A stretch of 64,000 bases of DNA, taken from positions 75,613 through 139,612 of the IMG/VR virus record IMGVR_UViG_3300045988_117852, one strand, 5' to 3'. This document shows positions 18,417 through 27,936 of the stretch, in pieces. This stretch comes from a virus. Position numbers and translations under genes: made by a program. The notes beneath the pieces are model-generated. The model was not told where the DNA came from. It did not search any database and saw nothing but the letters and a program-made list of their open reading frames with translations. Position 1 is the first letter of the stretch. Each line of letters opens with the position of its first letter.

Positions 18417-18866
18417 ATGAACGGATATACTAACAAAGAAAGAAAAGGAAACGATAACAGAAAAAGAAAAGAATATGTATATGGTAAATATCAAAATCCT
18501 CAAGTTTGGGGAATATATTTTGCAGATTTGCCGAAAATCGAAGGTAGCCATATCTTGCATGGGAAAAGACCAGTTATTGTCTATTCCAATAATATTTGTA
18601 ACAATACGAGCACAGAGATTAACGTGTATCCAATTACAAAAAAATTAAGGAACTGGATACCGACACATGTGACCATTTATCCAAATACCAGTAATGGATT
18701 AAAAATGGTATCACAAGTGTATTTAGAGCAAGGAAGAACAATTCCAAAGAATAATCTTTTAGAGTATTGGGGAAGAATATCTGATCTATCTTTAATGTTA
18801 AAAATAGGACATGGCATTTTAATACAAAACGGCATGTTATCGTACATGAATGCAATGGCATCCTAG
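18417..18866 (+). CDS. MazF/PemK-family endoribonuclease toxin-like protein, with a basic N-terminal extension
   Basis: GIYFADLPKIEGSHILHGKRPVIVYSNN…VYPITKK…SQVYLEQGRTIPKNNL follows the PemK/MazF core pattern (G.I…DL.P..G.E..G.RP..V.S…….P.T……S.V…Q.RTI). Confidence 0.55.
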   Translation: MNGYTNKERKGNDNRKRKEYVYGKYQNPQVWGIYFADLPKIEGSHILHGKRPVIVYSNNICNNTSTEINVYPITKKLRNWIPTHVTIYPNTSNGLKMVSQVYLEQGRTIPKNNLLEYWGRISDLSLMLKIGHGILIQNGMLSYMNAMAS

Positions 18867-18880
18867 AAATGGAGAATATT

Positions 18881-19897
18881 ATGAATAATAAAGAATTGAT
18901 ACAAAATTATATAGATTCTCATGTATCAGAATCACGTCGCCCAACATGGAATTGGTTATTTGATTCTGATATTGCGGATGACAATGAATCTGGGTTAACG
19001 TATGCACCAGGTACAATCCAAGAGGCTATATTATCAGATACTAGAGGTAAAAAAACCAAAAGTATGAATTCTATTAAAAAAAGATATGACCAGCTCGTTA
19101 AACTATATACTTATGCATATGAACAAAATTACATTAAATATAATCCATTTATTAATGATAAATTTATAAACTTGCAATTAGCAGTTGATATATATTTTTC
19201 AAATAGAGTTAATGTTAATTATGTTACACCAGATAAAATAAATGCGTTTATTTCGAATCTGATGTCGTGCAATGCATCAGCCGATACCAAATTGAATACT
19301 AGATTTCACATTGTGAGTTTATATAATGGGATAAATGGAAAGGAGTTAAGAAATCTAAAATTCTCAGATATTAATCAAAATGATTTAACAATTCTTGGGA
19401 AACCAGTCTCCAAAGATTTTATCGAGACATTGAATGAATATAAATTGAAAATGGGAGATACGAATATATATGATGATTTTGTATTAATACCACGAAAAAA
19501 ATGTAATAATATAGAAGAATATCAAGCAGAGCAAAAGAGGATATATAATAATGTGCAGTCTCAATTAGAATTAACTGGCAACACTTTATCTTATGAGAAA
19601 TTGACAACCATTGATGTTATTAATTCTGGTTTTATACAATATTTAAAATCTAAAATGGATATCAAGGCAATTGCAGATTTATATTATATTAAATCAAAAG
19701 AAGGAATTGCACGATCTGTAATCGCACGTCAATTTAGTGATATTGCAATTGATTTTTATTATAATTATTATATATCATATAGAATAAAGAAGAAACAATT
19801 TAGTGATCGTCAAACGGTAATCGGTAAAAGTATTGGTTACCTATATAAAGATGAGGACTATAAGAATTATCGTGTACATCAAATCATGGCAGAATAA
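18881..19897 (+). CDS. hypothetical protein, possibly a degenerate recombinase-like protein
   Basis: KELRNLKFSDINQNDLTILGKP resembles the integrase core-binding/Arg-box region, but no HxxR…Y was found. Confidence 0.25.
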   Translation: MNNKELIQNYIDSHVSESRRPTWNWLFDSDIADDNESGLTYAPGTIQEAILSDTRGKKTKSMNSIKKRYDQLVKLYTYAYEQNYIKYNPFINDKFINLQLAVDIYFSNRVNVNYVTPDKINAFISNLMSCNASADTKLNTRFHIVSLYNGINGKELRNLKFSDINQNDLTILGKPVSKDFIETLNEYKLKMGDTNIYDDFVLIPRKKCNNIEEYQAEQKRIYNNVQSQLELTGNTLSYEKLTTIDVINSGFIQYLKSKMDIKAIADLYYIKSKEGIARSVIARQFSDIAIDFYYNYYISYRIKKKQFSDRQTVIGKSIGYLYKDEDYKNYRVHQIMAE

Positions 19898-19911
19898 AGG
19901 AAGGTATATGT

Positions 19912-20277
19912 ATGGACAATCAAATATTAGAAATGTTAGCAGCGAATCAATCAAATCAAATGCATATTGATGTACTTGATTTACACTCATCAGAAATGTC
20001 ATCGTGGTTTCTGAGTGAATATAAGATTCGAGCAGATGATAGAAAGATAAAGATCTATGGCAAAGATAAAGATCTTTCATATCATTGGATCGAATTTATT
20101 CAAGATGAGAATTTGTTCTCTCATATTAGGCAGGACGACATATTTGACATAATCAAATGCCTGCAATTTACATACAAAGAGAGATACAATGTTGGAATAA
20201 AAATACAGACAATAAAAAAGAAAGCAGAAGTCTTTGGTAAAACTTCTACTTTCACACAAACTAAAAATTTCAACTAA
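19912..20277 (+). CDS. hypothetical protein
   Basis: ORF. Confidence 0.4.
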   Translation: MDNQILEMLAANQSNQMHIDVLDLHSSEMSSWFLSEYKIRADDRKIKIYGKDKDLSYHWIEFIQDENLFSHIRQDDIFDIIKCLQFTYKERYNVGIKIQTIKKKAEVFGKTSTFTQTKNFN

Positions 20278-20470
20278 ACAAATCATAGATAACAAAAAAA
20301 GATTTTTTGAATCTACCGTGTTGGCAGCACGATAGAAAATCGAATTTGATATTTAGAATTGTTTAATCTGAAAGGATAATAATATCCTTAAAATCATTAT
20401 AACAATTCTAAACATGTTCGTCAACATGAAAATTTTTCCAAAAAACTACAATTAAATACAGGAGTGATGT

Positions 20471-21121
20471 ATGAAATACATAATTACGAATGAAGAGTTC
20501 TATGTGAAAAGAGATCATGCAAGAAATAGATACGTTCGTGATAACCGTAAGTCTGAAGCTACTCAATTTACCTCCAAACAAGCAAAGCACATTTTAGGTT
20601 TGAAGCATAAATATACGTGGATGAAAGACGGATTTCATGCCAGAGAAATTGAGCTAGGTAAAGTTGGAAAACCTATGGAATCTAGTGAAATAATGCGTAA
20701 AGGTAATGGAAATTGCTTTATGGATTGGGAATGTGATAATACATTGATCGACAATATAGAGACTGAGGAAAGAGCTATAGTAGGACTTCTAGCATATGAC
20801 TCAGATCAATTAGGAGAAAAGAAGTTTGAATTAGAACAGGCATTATCATATGCAGATTCTGCCAGAAGTGATATTCTTCATGCAATTGAGTTTAAAAAGA
20901 TTGATGCTGCAAAACGTGCAGTGATTGTTGGGTATCTTAAAACTTTACAAGAATTGCATAGAAAGATCAAGAATTGTATTCGATACATAGAAGTGATGCA
21001 GAATTGTATGGATAATCAGAAAGACATATGTACTTTGAAGAAAGAATTAAAAGATGCAGAGCATAAACCTTATGTCGGCAGAACAAAGTATTATGAGTTG
21101 ATCCAAAATATAATCGGGTAG
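20471..21121 (+). CDS. hypothetical protein (216 aa)
   Basis: CAGGAGTG RBS. Confidence 0.45.
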   Translation: MKYIITNEEFYVKRDHARNRYVRDNRKSEATQFTSKQAKHILGLKHKYTWMKDGFHAREIELGKVGKPMESSEIMRKGNGNCFMDWECDNTLIDNIETEERAIVGLLAYDSDQLGEKKFELEQALSYADSARSDILHAIEFKKIDAAKRAVIVGYLKTLQELHRKIKNCIRYIEVMQNCMDNQKDICTLKKELKDAEHKPYVGRTKYYELIQNIIG

Positions 21122-21204
21122 AGTTTCTTCTTTATTATATATGATGACTCGCACAGGCATTTGTGCAAAATTAAAATGTAAAATTATAACTTAGGAGGTA
21201 TTTA

Positions 21205-22029
21205 ATGACAGAAGAAAAGGATATTGTAAATGAAAGATTAAACACATTAGTATTTAGCAATGATGAATTTGGAAATATCCGCACAGCGGTCTTAGATAAT
21301 AATCCGTGGTTTGTTGGCAAAGATGTTGCTGAATGTTTAGAGTACAAAAATACAAAAGACGCTCTTGCAAGACATGTAGATGCCGAAGACAAACAATTAA
21401 TCCTAAGGTCGCAAATCACGACCTTAGAAAATGTACCAAACAGAGGACTCACATTTATTAATGAGTCAGGACTTTATGCATTAATCTTTGGAAGTAAGCT
21501 TGATAAGGCAAAAGAATTCAAGCATTGGGTAACATCAGAAGTTCTTCCGCAGATTCGTAAGACGGGCGGATATATTCCAATTGAAAAAGATGATGATGAT
21601 TTAACTATCATGGCGAAAGCATTGAATATTATGCAAAACACTTTGGAGCAAAAGGATGAACTATTAGCCCAGAAAGAAGAAGTTATCAGTAAACAGAAGC
21701 CACTTGTTGATTTTGCCAATACGGTCAGTGCCACACCAACAATGGTTGATATGAAAACAATGGCAAAGCTTCTTGAGAAAGAAAATCAAGATATTCATAT
21801 GGGCAGAAACAAATTATTTGCGTGGTTAAGAAAAGAAGGGTATCTCATGTCAGATAATACCCCATATGAAAGATATGTTAAGCAGGGCATTTTCAAATTA
21901 ACAGAAAGTGAAGTTGAAACTAAGAATGGAAACAAGTTGATCACCAAAACATATGTGACTGGCAAAGGGCAATTATACTTGGCAAAGAAATTAGCACAAT
22001 ACTTTGCCTCACAGAGTGCATCAGCTTAG
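21205..22029 (+). CDS. phage antirepressor (Bro-N N-terminal domain plus KilA-C/ORF6C C-terminal domain)
   Basis: N-terminus: FSNDEFGNIRTAVLDNNPWFVGKDVAECLEY. C-terminus: KPLVDFANTVSATPTMVDMKTMAKLL….KLFAWLRKEGYL. Both are signature stretches. Confidence 0.75.
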   Translation: MTEEKDIVNERLNTLVFSNDEFGNIRTAVLDNNPWFVGKDVAECLEYKNTKDALARHVDAEDKQLILRSQITTLENVPNRGLTFINESGLYALIFGSKLDKAKEFKHWVTSEVLPQIRKTGGYIPIEKDDDDLTIMAKALNIMQNTLEQKDELLAQKEEVISKQKPLVDFANTVSATPTMVDMKTMAKLLEKENQDIHMGRNKLFAWLRKEGYLMSDNTPYERYVKQGIFKLTESEVETKNGNKLITKTYVTGKGQLYLAKKLAQYFASQSASA

Positions 22030-22043
22030 AGAGGAGACAAAGA

Positions 22044-23384
22044 ATGGATGAAAATAAAACGGGCGTTTGGGTACGCTGTATGAATGGTAAAGAAGTTAAA
22101 TATAATCCACGAGATGGTATGGCGCCATTTAATGTAGGAGATGTTGTTGAGGTAGAGAATAATGATGTATATGCGATGTTTAAAATTGAAACAGTAGAAT
22201 TCAAAGGAGATCTTCCAATAACCGAAACTTATATGATAAAGCCACATACCAAAGTTGCTAAAACAACGCAACCTTGGCACGATATTACATTTGATGATGC
22301 TGAGTCGATTGAAATGGATGTGTATAGAGATGGTAAAGTAAATATTATTGTTCCATATTGGTATGAAAAACTGCGATATAGACTACAAAGTATAAAGTCG
22401 ACAGAGGCAACTATTATAATCAGAAGAATTACAAGAAAAGAAACAATGAATGAAGATATTGAGATTAAGACAGGTACGATTTCAGCCGACAAAATAAAGG
22501 TTAATACATTAACCCTACCGTCACTTTCAGAAAGAAGAGTGTCTGCTCTGTCACACTATCAACAAAAACCAATTACTGCAACGTCAGAACCAATAAAGAA
22601 TGAGGCTGGTGAGCTTTCAACCACAGGGAAATCATGGATGATACATGACGACCGTGGGTTGAGTCCTTATGCACCAACACATATTGATTGGAATGGTGAA
22701 ATGAGTGCAACTTTAACATTTGCGTCAGAAAAATTGGATGAAATCATGAGTGAACTTACAGGAAACGAAGAGGAGAAAGATATGAATACAGAAAAATTAA
22801 AAGACAAAATCAAAAAAGTTATTTATGTAGACAAAGAGATGACAGTTAGGGAACCTGTTTTAGATAGTAATGGTAAGCCACTCGAAAGAGGTGGTAAACC
22901 AGTAACTAAGGCTAAATTTTACAGAGGTATGGTTAAGGTGGTTTGGAACTGTGGTACTGAAACTGTTGCTTATACAAGCAGATTCGACAGATTTAACAGA
23001 GAAGAAGGTTTCAAGACTTGTGTATTAAAATACCTGTTTGGTAACGCAGGTGCTCATGATGCAGTTGATTTTTGGACAAACAAATATGTGAAATATCCAA
23101 GTAGCTGCATTGAAGTGACAGAAAATTTATGCAAACTGGAAGAGATCATCGAGAATGATAAGCACAGAGAAGAGGAACGCAAAGGTTTACCTCATGCAAA
23201 ATTCTTTGTCGTAAAGAAAGAAGAATTAATGTTTGATCCACTTAAAGAATCATATGAGGACGAGAATGGTCAAAAGATTAAGGAATTTAAGAAACTTGCT
23301 AAGAAGTATTTCCCAGAACTCAAGGGCAAAGAAATTTATATCAATGACAATAAGAGTTATGAAATCTTCGTAGCAATTAAATAA
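22044..23384 (+). CDS. hypothetical protein (446 aa)
   Basis: Long ORF; no motif recognised. Confidence 0.5.
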   Translation: MDENKTGVWVRCMNGKEVKYNPRDGMAPFNVGDVVEVENNDVYAMFKIETVEFKGDLPITETYMIKPHTKVAKTTQPWHDITFDDAESIEMDVYRDGKVNIIVPYWYEKLRYRLQSIKSTEATIIIRRITRKETMNEDIEIKTGTISADKIKVNTLTLPSLSERRVSALSHYQQKPITATSEPIKNEAGELSTTGKSWMIHDDRGLSPYAPTHIDWNGEMSATLTFASEKLDEIMSELTGNEEEKDMNTEKLKDKIKKVIYVDKEMTVREPVLDSNGKPLERGGKPVTKAKFYRGMVKVVWNCGTETVAYTSRFDRFNREEGFKTCVLKYLFGNAGAHDAVDFWTNKYVKYPSSCIEVTENLCKLEEIIENDKHREEERKGLPHAKFFVVKKEELMFDPLKESYEDENGQKIKEFKKLAKKYFPELKGKEIYINDNKSYEIFVAIK

Positions 23385-23406
23385 CAAAATGAAAAGGAGA
23401 TAAATT

Positions 23407-25476
23407 ATGTGCACACCAATGAATGAAAACTGGAGCAATTTTTTAAACAAATTGTCAGAGCGTTTAAATAAAATGCTCGACTATGTAGAGAAAAACAATT
23501 CTACATTGTATGAAACTGATATTGATAAAGATGAACTTTGGGAAGTATATCTGAGCAGTTTTCCTGAAGGAACAAACAAAATGTATCGCAAACGACGAGA
23601 ATATGACTGTGGTCATTGCCGAAACTTTATTAAAACAATCGGTGGAGCTGTGGCAATTGTTGACGGCAAGCTTCATACAATTTGGGAAATTGATACTGAG
23701 GATGCCGTATTTCAGCCAGTAGTTGATGCTTTACGAACATATGTAGAATCAAAGCCGATCAAAGATATTTGGAGACATTTTACAAATACAGTTGGTACAA
23801 AAACCACAAATGAGTATACAGAAGATAAGCAGATTATCAAATGGACTCATATGTATACACCGATTCCAGAGAGATTACTAGAAAGAAAATCCGATATTCC
23901 TACAGCAAAAGCAAAAGTGAGAGATCGAAAGAATGTGTTTAAAAGATCACTTGATGAAATCACAGAAGAAGCTGTTGATACAGTGTTAGAGCTGATCGCT
24001 TCAAATACTCTTTATAGAGGACAGGAGTGGGAAAGAGTCTTAAAGGACTTTAGAAAATATCAGCGAGAATACAATGGTTTATCCGATGAAGAAAAAGATA
24101 CATATACATGGACAAAAGCCATGACCATCGGAGATGTAATTGGTCGTATTAGAAATCATAGCATCGGTACATTACTTGTGAATATCAGCGAAGGCATGGA
24201 CTTAGATAATGCAGTAAAAGCCTATGAAAATGTCGTAGCTCCTGCGAATTACAAACGACCAAAGGCAATCTTTACAAAGAAGATGCTTGAGGATGCAAAG
24301 AAAACTGTAACCGATTTAGGATATATGGATTCATTACAGCGTAGATTTGCAAGACTTGACGATATTACAGTAAACAATATTCTGTTTTGTAATCGTGATG
24401 CAGCACCACGTATTCAAGGTGGCTTAGATATTTTTGATGAAATGAGTAAGGAAGTCGCAGTAAATCCTAAGAAGTTCTCTAAAGTCGAAGAAATCAGTGC
24501 AGAGAAATTCGTATCAGATGTACTTCCAACGGCAAAAGAATTAGAAGTTCTGTTTGAAAATCGTCACAAGAAGAATATGGTTTCACTGATCGCACCTGTA
24601 AATAAAGATGCTAAGAACATGATGAAGTGGAGTAATCCTTTCAGCTGGGCATATTCAGGAAATATGACAGACAGTGAAATGAAAGAAAGAGTTAAGAACG
24701 CAGGTGGTGCAGTTGATGGAGTTTTAAGATTCTCAATTCAGTGGAATGCAAATACAGATTGGAATCAGGACGATTTTGATGCACATTGCAGAACTCCACG
24801 TCATCATATCTATTATGCTTCAATGCATGATTATGCAACTGGTGGAAGCCTTGATGTTGATGTAACTCATCCACATAGAGGAGAGCCTGCCGTAGAAAAT
24901 ATTACATGGGCAGATAAATCCAAAATGGTTGACGGAGAATATGAATTTTTCGTAAGAAATTTTGCTCATAGAAATGGAGTTTCTGGATTTACAGCAGAGA
25001 TTGAATTTGATGGACAGATTTATGAATTTGAATATGATAAGCCTTTACGTCAGAAGGAAGATGTTCCAGTAGCTACAGTTACATTAAAAGATGGTGTGTT
25101 CACAATCAAAGAAAAACTTCCATCAACAACATCTTCAAGAGAAATTTGGGGTATCAATACAAATCAGTTTGTGCCAGTAACAGTAATGTGTTATTCACCT
25201 AACTATTGGGACGAACAGACAGGTATTGGGCATAAACATTATCTGTTCATGTTAAACGGATGTGTGAATGAAGATACTCCAAATGGATTCTTCAATGAGT
25301 TTTTGAAGCAGGAATTAGTACAGCACAAGAGAGTATTCGAGGCTTTAGGAAGTAAGATGCATGTCGCAGATGACCCAAATCAGCTATCAGGAATTGGTTT
25401 CAGTTCTACAAAACGAGATGATGTGATCGTTAAAATCAAGGGTGCAACAGAAAGAGTTTTTAAAATTAAATTTTAA
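23407..25476 (+). CDS. hypothetical large protein (689 aa)
   Basis: Long ORF with AAGGAG RBS; contains a CGHC cysteine pair. Confidence 0.5.
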   Translation: MCTPMNENWSNFLNKLSERLNKMLDYVEKNNSTLYETDIDKDELWEVYLSSFPEGTNKMYRKRREYDCGHCRNFIKTIGGAVAIVDGKLHTIWEIDTEDAVFQPVVDALRTYVESKPIKDIWRHFTNTVGTKTTNEYTEDKQIIKWTHMYTPIPERLLERKSDIPTAKAKVRDRKNVFKRSLDEITEEAVDTVLELIASNTLYRGQEWERVLKDFRKYQREYNGLSDEEKDTYTWTKAMTIGDVIGRIRNHSIGTLLVNISEGMDLDNAVKAYENVVAPANYKRPKAIFTKKMLEDAKKTVTDLGYMDSLQRRFARLDDITVNNILFCNRDAAPRIQGGLDIFDEMSKEVAVNPKKFSKVEEISAEKFVSDVLPTAKELEVLFENRHKKNMVSLIAPVNKDAKNMMKWSNPFSWAYSGNMTDSEMKERVKNAGGAVDGVLRFSIQWNANTDWNQDDFDAHCRTPRHHIYYASMHDYATGGSLDVDVTHPHRGEPAVENITWADKSKMVDGEYEFFVRNFAHRNGVSGFTAEIEFDGQIYEFEYDKPLRQKEDVPVATVTLKDGVFTIKEKLPSTTSSREIWGINTNQFVPVTVMCYSPNYWDEQTGIGHKHYLFMLNGCVNEDTPNGFFNEFLKQELVQHKRVFEALGSKMHVADDPNQLSGIGFSSTKRDDVIVKIKGATERVFKIKF

Positions 25477-25498
25477 TATAGACAAAGGAGATTGAATT

Positions 25499-25888
25499 AT
25501 GACAACAGAAAACTTATTTGAAATGGCAACTAGAAACAAAATGAGATTCCCATCAACAAAGGGAGAATTATCCGTAGAAGATTTATGGGATTTATCTGAT
25601 AAAGATTTAGACGTGGTTTATAAAAATCTGAAAGATCAGGAAGTTAAATCTTCAGAAGAAAGTCTGTTGGATGATGCAAATGTTGATCCAAGATTAACGG
25701 CTGCGATTGGTATTGTGAAGTATATCTTTACAACAAAACGTAATGAGAGACTTGCTGAGAAGGAACGTATTAATAAGAAACTGACACAGAGAAAATATAT
25801 TGATGCTCTTTCCAAGAAACAGGATGAGGCTATTGAGAAGATGTCAGAAGCAGAATTACGTGCAATGATTGATTCGTTAGAAGATTAA
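25499..25888 (+). CDS. hypothetical protein
   Basis: AAGGAG RBS. Confidence 0.45.
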   Translation: MTTENLFEMATRNKMRFPSTKGELSVEDLWDLSDKDLDVVYKNLKDQEVKSSEESLLDDANVDPRLTAAIGIVKYIFTTKRNERLAEKERINKKLTQRKYIDALSKKQDEAIEKMSEAELRAMIDSLED

Positions 25889-25945
25889 GAGAATACACCT
25901 TCCCGTCAAATTTGACGGGTGGGTGCTTAAAGAAAGGAGACTGGA

Positions 25946-26413
25946 ATGATTTATAAATTAGAATTAGGCGACTGGTCGGAAGATGGGCATAAAATATCAG
26001 AAAGTTTTTTATTTGATTGTAACTATGATATTCATAAAATTCGACAAGCGTATAAAGACAGTTGTAAAAAGCTAGGAGTAGCTTTTAATTACAATGAAGA
26101 TTATACGGGTCTAGGTCTTGGTTATAGAAGTGAGAGACTGATTTGGACAGAGTATCAAGAATCAGAAATGAGCGAAACAGCATTTGAAATTTTAAATAAT
26201 TCTGGGTGTTTTAAAGAGGTTGATTTCTATAAAGAAGATGGCGTGTATTATATCGAAGAAAGGAAAGATTGTGCAAAACTTATTATGAATTTTATCGCAC
26301 TGTCTATGCCTGAAGATTTTCGATATAAGCTTGTCCAAGAGCCAAAAGTTGAATCGATTAATAGTTGGAATGATGAACTGAGACAGCACTTTGGGTATGG
26401 ATTATTTGATTAA
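25946..26413 (+). CDS. hypothetical protein
   Basis: AAGGAG RBS. Confidence 0.45.
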   Translation: MIYKLELGDWSEDGHKISESFLFDCNYDIHKIRQAYKDSCKKLGVAFNYNEDYTGLGLGYRSERLIWTEYQESEMSETAFEILNNSGCFKEVDFYKEDGVYYIEERKDCAKLIMNFIALSMPEDFRYKLVQEPKVESINSWNDELRQHFGYGLFD

Positions 26414-26444
26414 TAAAACAGTAATTTAATGGAAGGAGAAAACA

Positions 26445-27035
26445 ATGGACGTTAATAAATTATTGGTTGTCGTCGATATGCAGAATGATTTCATCGACGG
26501 AAGCCTTGGAACCAAAGAAGCACAGGAAATTGTTCCCAAAGTAATTGAGAAAATTAAAAATTTTGATGGCATTATTGTTGCAACAATGGACACACACGAT
26601 GAAAATTATTTATCTACACAGGAAGGAAAGAATCTTCCAGTAAAGCATTGCATCTGCGGAGAAGATGGATGGCGGTTAAATCAAGAGGTAGGAGATGCTT
26701 TATCTAACAATATTTCCGTTGATGATAACAAAGACAAATCTATATTACCAGATGGTATGTACCGTAAAAGCACATTTGGATCATTAGACCTTGCACTTGA
26801 CTGCGAAGATGAATTTGGGATTGGTAATCGACTTCATCCAGAAAATGTGGAAATTACATTAATTGGTTTATGTACAGATATTTGTGTAATCTCCAATGCA
26901 ATGTTATTAAAAGTAGCACTACCAAAAGCAAAGATTATTGTAGATGCTTCCTGCTGTGCAGGAGTGACACCAGAGAGTCATAAGAATGCACTTGAAGCAA
27001 TGAAAATGTGTCAAATTGAAGTAATTAATGAATAA
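26445..27035 (+). CDS. pncA: nicotinamidase / isochorismatase-family cysteine hydrolase (PncA-like)
   Basis: VVVDMQNDF gives the catalytic Asp and LCTDICV the Cys nucleophile; ~196 aa is the usual size. Confidence 0.7.
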   Translation: MDVNKLLVVVDMQNDFIDGSLGTKEAQEIVPKVIEKIKNFDGIIVATMDTHDENYLSTQEGKNLPVKHCICGEDGWRLNQEVGDALSNNISVDDNKDKSILPDGMYRKSTFGSLDLALDCEDEFGIGNRLHPENVEITLIGLCTDICVISNAMLLKVALPKAKIIVDASCCAGVTPESHKNALEAMKMCQIEVINE

Positions 27036-27049
27036 AGGGGTGATAAAGA

Positions 27050-27886
27050 ATGATTAGTATTGGTGGAGTCCCAGTTGTTCCAGAATCTTTTCCAGATGGA
27101 ACGCAAAAAATTGATTTTTCGTTAGGTGCGATATCTCAAGAAATCATAGAAAACAAGACAGCGTATATCACATGGTTATATGAGTCAGATAAAGAGTTGT
27201 TTTCCTTGTTGTGTATTTCTAAAAATATTAAAGAACATTTTCCGTGGTTACAACAAGCATTAGTGATGCCGTATATACCAAATGCAAGATTTGACAGAGT
27301 AAAAGAGCCAAGCGAATGCTTTACATTAAAATATTTTGCAGAAATTATTAATAGTCTTGGATTTGTAAAAGTTATTGTAACTGATCCACATTCCGATGTA
27401 TCTACTGCATTGATTGATCATGTAGAAGTAATCCGTGGAGCATCATATATTACACAAACTTGTAGTAAAGTCCTTAAAGCAGAGTCATCAAGAAATCTTG
27501 TAATTTATTTTCCAGATAGCGGATCACTAAAAAGATATTCTGAATTTGTATCAGATGATTATCCGATTGTCTATGGAATTAAAAATCGTGATTGGAAGAC
27601 AGGAAAAATTCTTGGTATTGAGATTCATGGAGATACAGATAAATTAGATGAGAATACAGCAATTTTAATGATTGATGATATTTGTAGTAAGGGTGGCACA
27701 TTCTACTACGGATCAAAAGAATTAAACAAATACGGTTGTAAAGATATGTATTTGTATGTTACTCACTGTGAAAACACAATTCTTGATGGCGAATTACTAA
27801 AGGAAGATAGTTTGTTTAAAAAAGTGTATACGACACGTAGTATTTTTACCAAAGAGCATGAGAAAGTTGAGGTTATGGAGGGGTAA
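27050..27886 (+). CDS. ribose-phosphate pyrophosphokinase family protein (Prs-like; candidate ADPR-PP synthetase of a phage NAD+ reconstitution pathway)
   Basis: FPDGTQKIDF, MPYIPNARFDR (the Prs PYxxYxRQDR signature) and ILMIDDICSKGGTF (PRPP-binding loop). Confidence 0.65.
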   Translation: MISIGGVPVVPESFPDGTQKIDFSLGAISQEIIENKTAYITWLYESDKELFSLLCISKNIKEHFPWLQQALVMPYIPNARFDRVKEPSECFTLKYFAEIINSLGFVKVIVTDPHSDVSTALIDHVEVIRGASYITQTCSKVLKAESSRNLVIYFPDSGSLKRYSEFVSDDYPIVYGIKNRDWKTGKILGIEIHGDTDKLDENTAILMIDDICSKGGTFYYGSKELNKYGCKDMYLYVTHCENTILDGELLKEDSLFKKVYTTRSIFTKEHEKVEVMEG

Positions 27887-27936
27887 AAATAAGAGACAAA
27901 AGTGATTTAACAGGAAATTATTATGGGAATTGGTTA

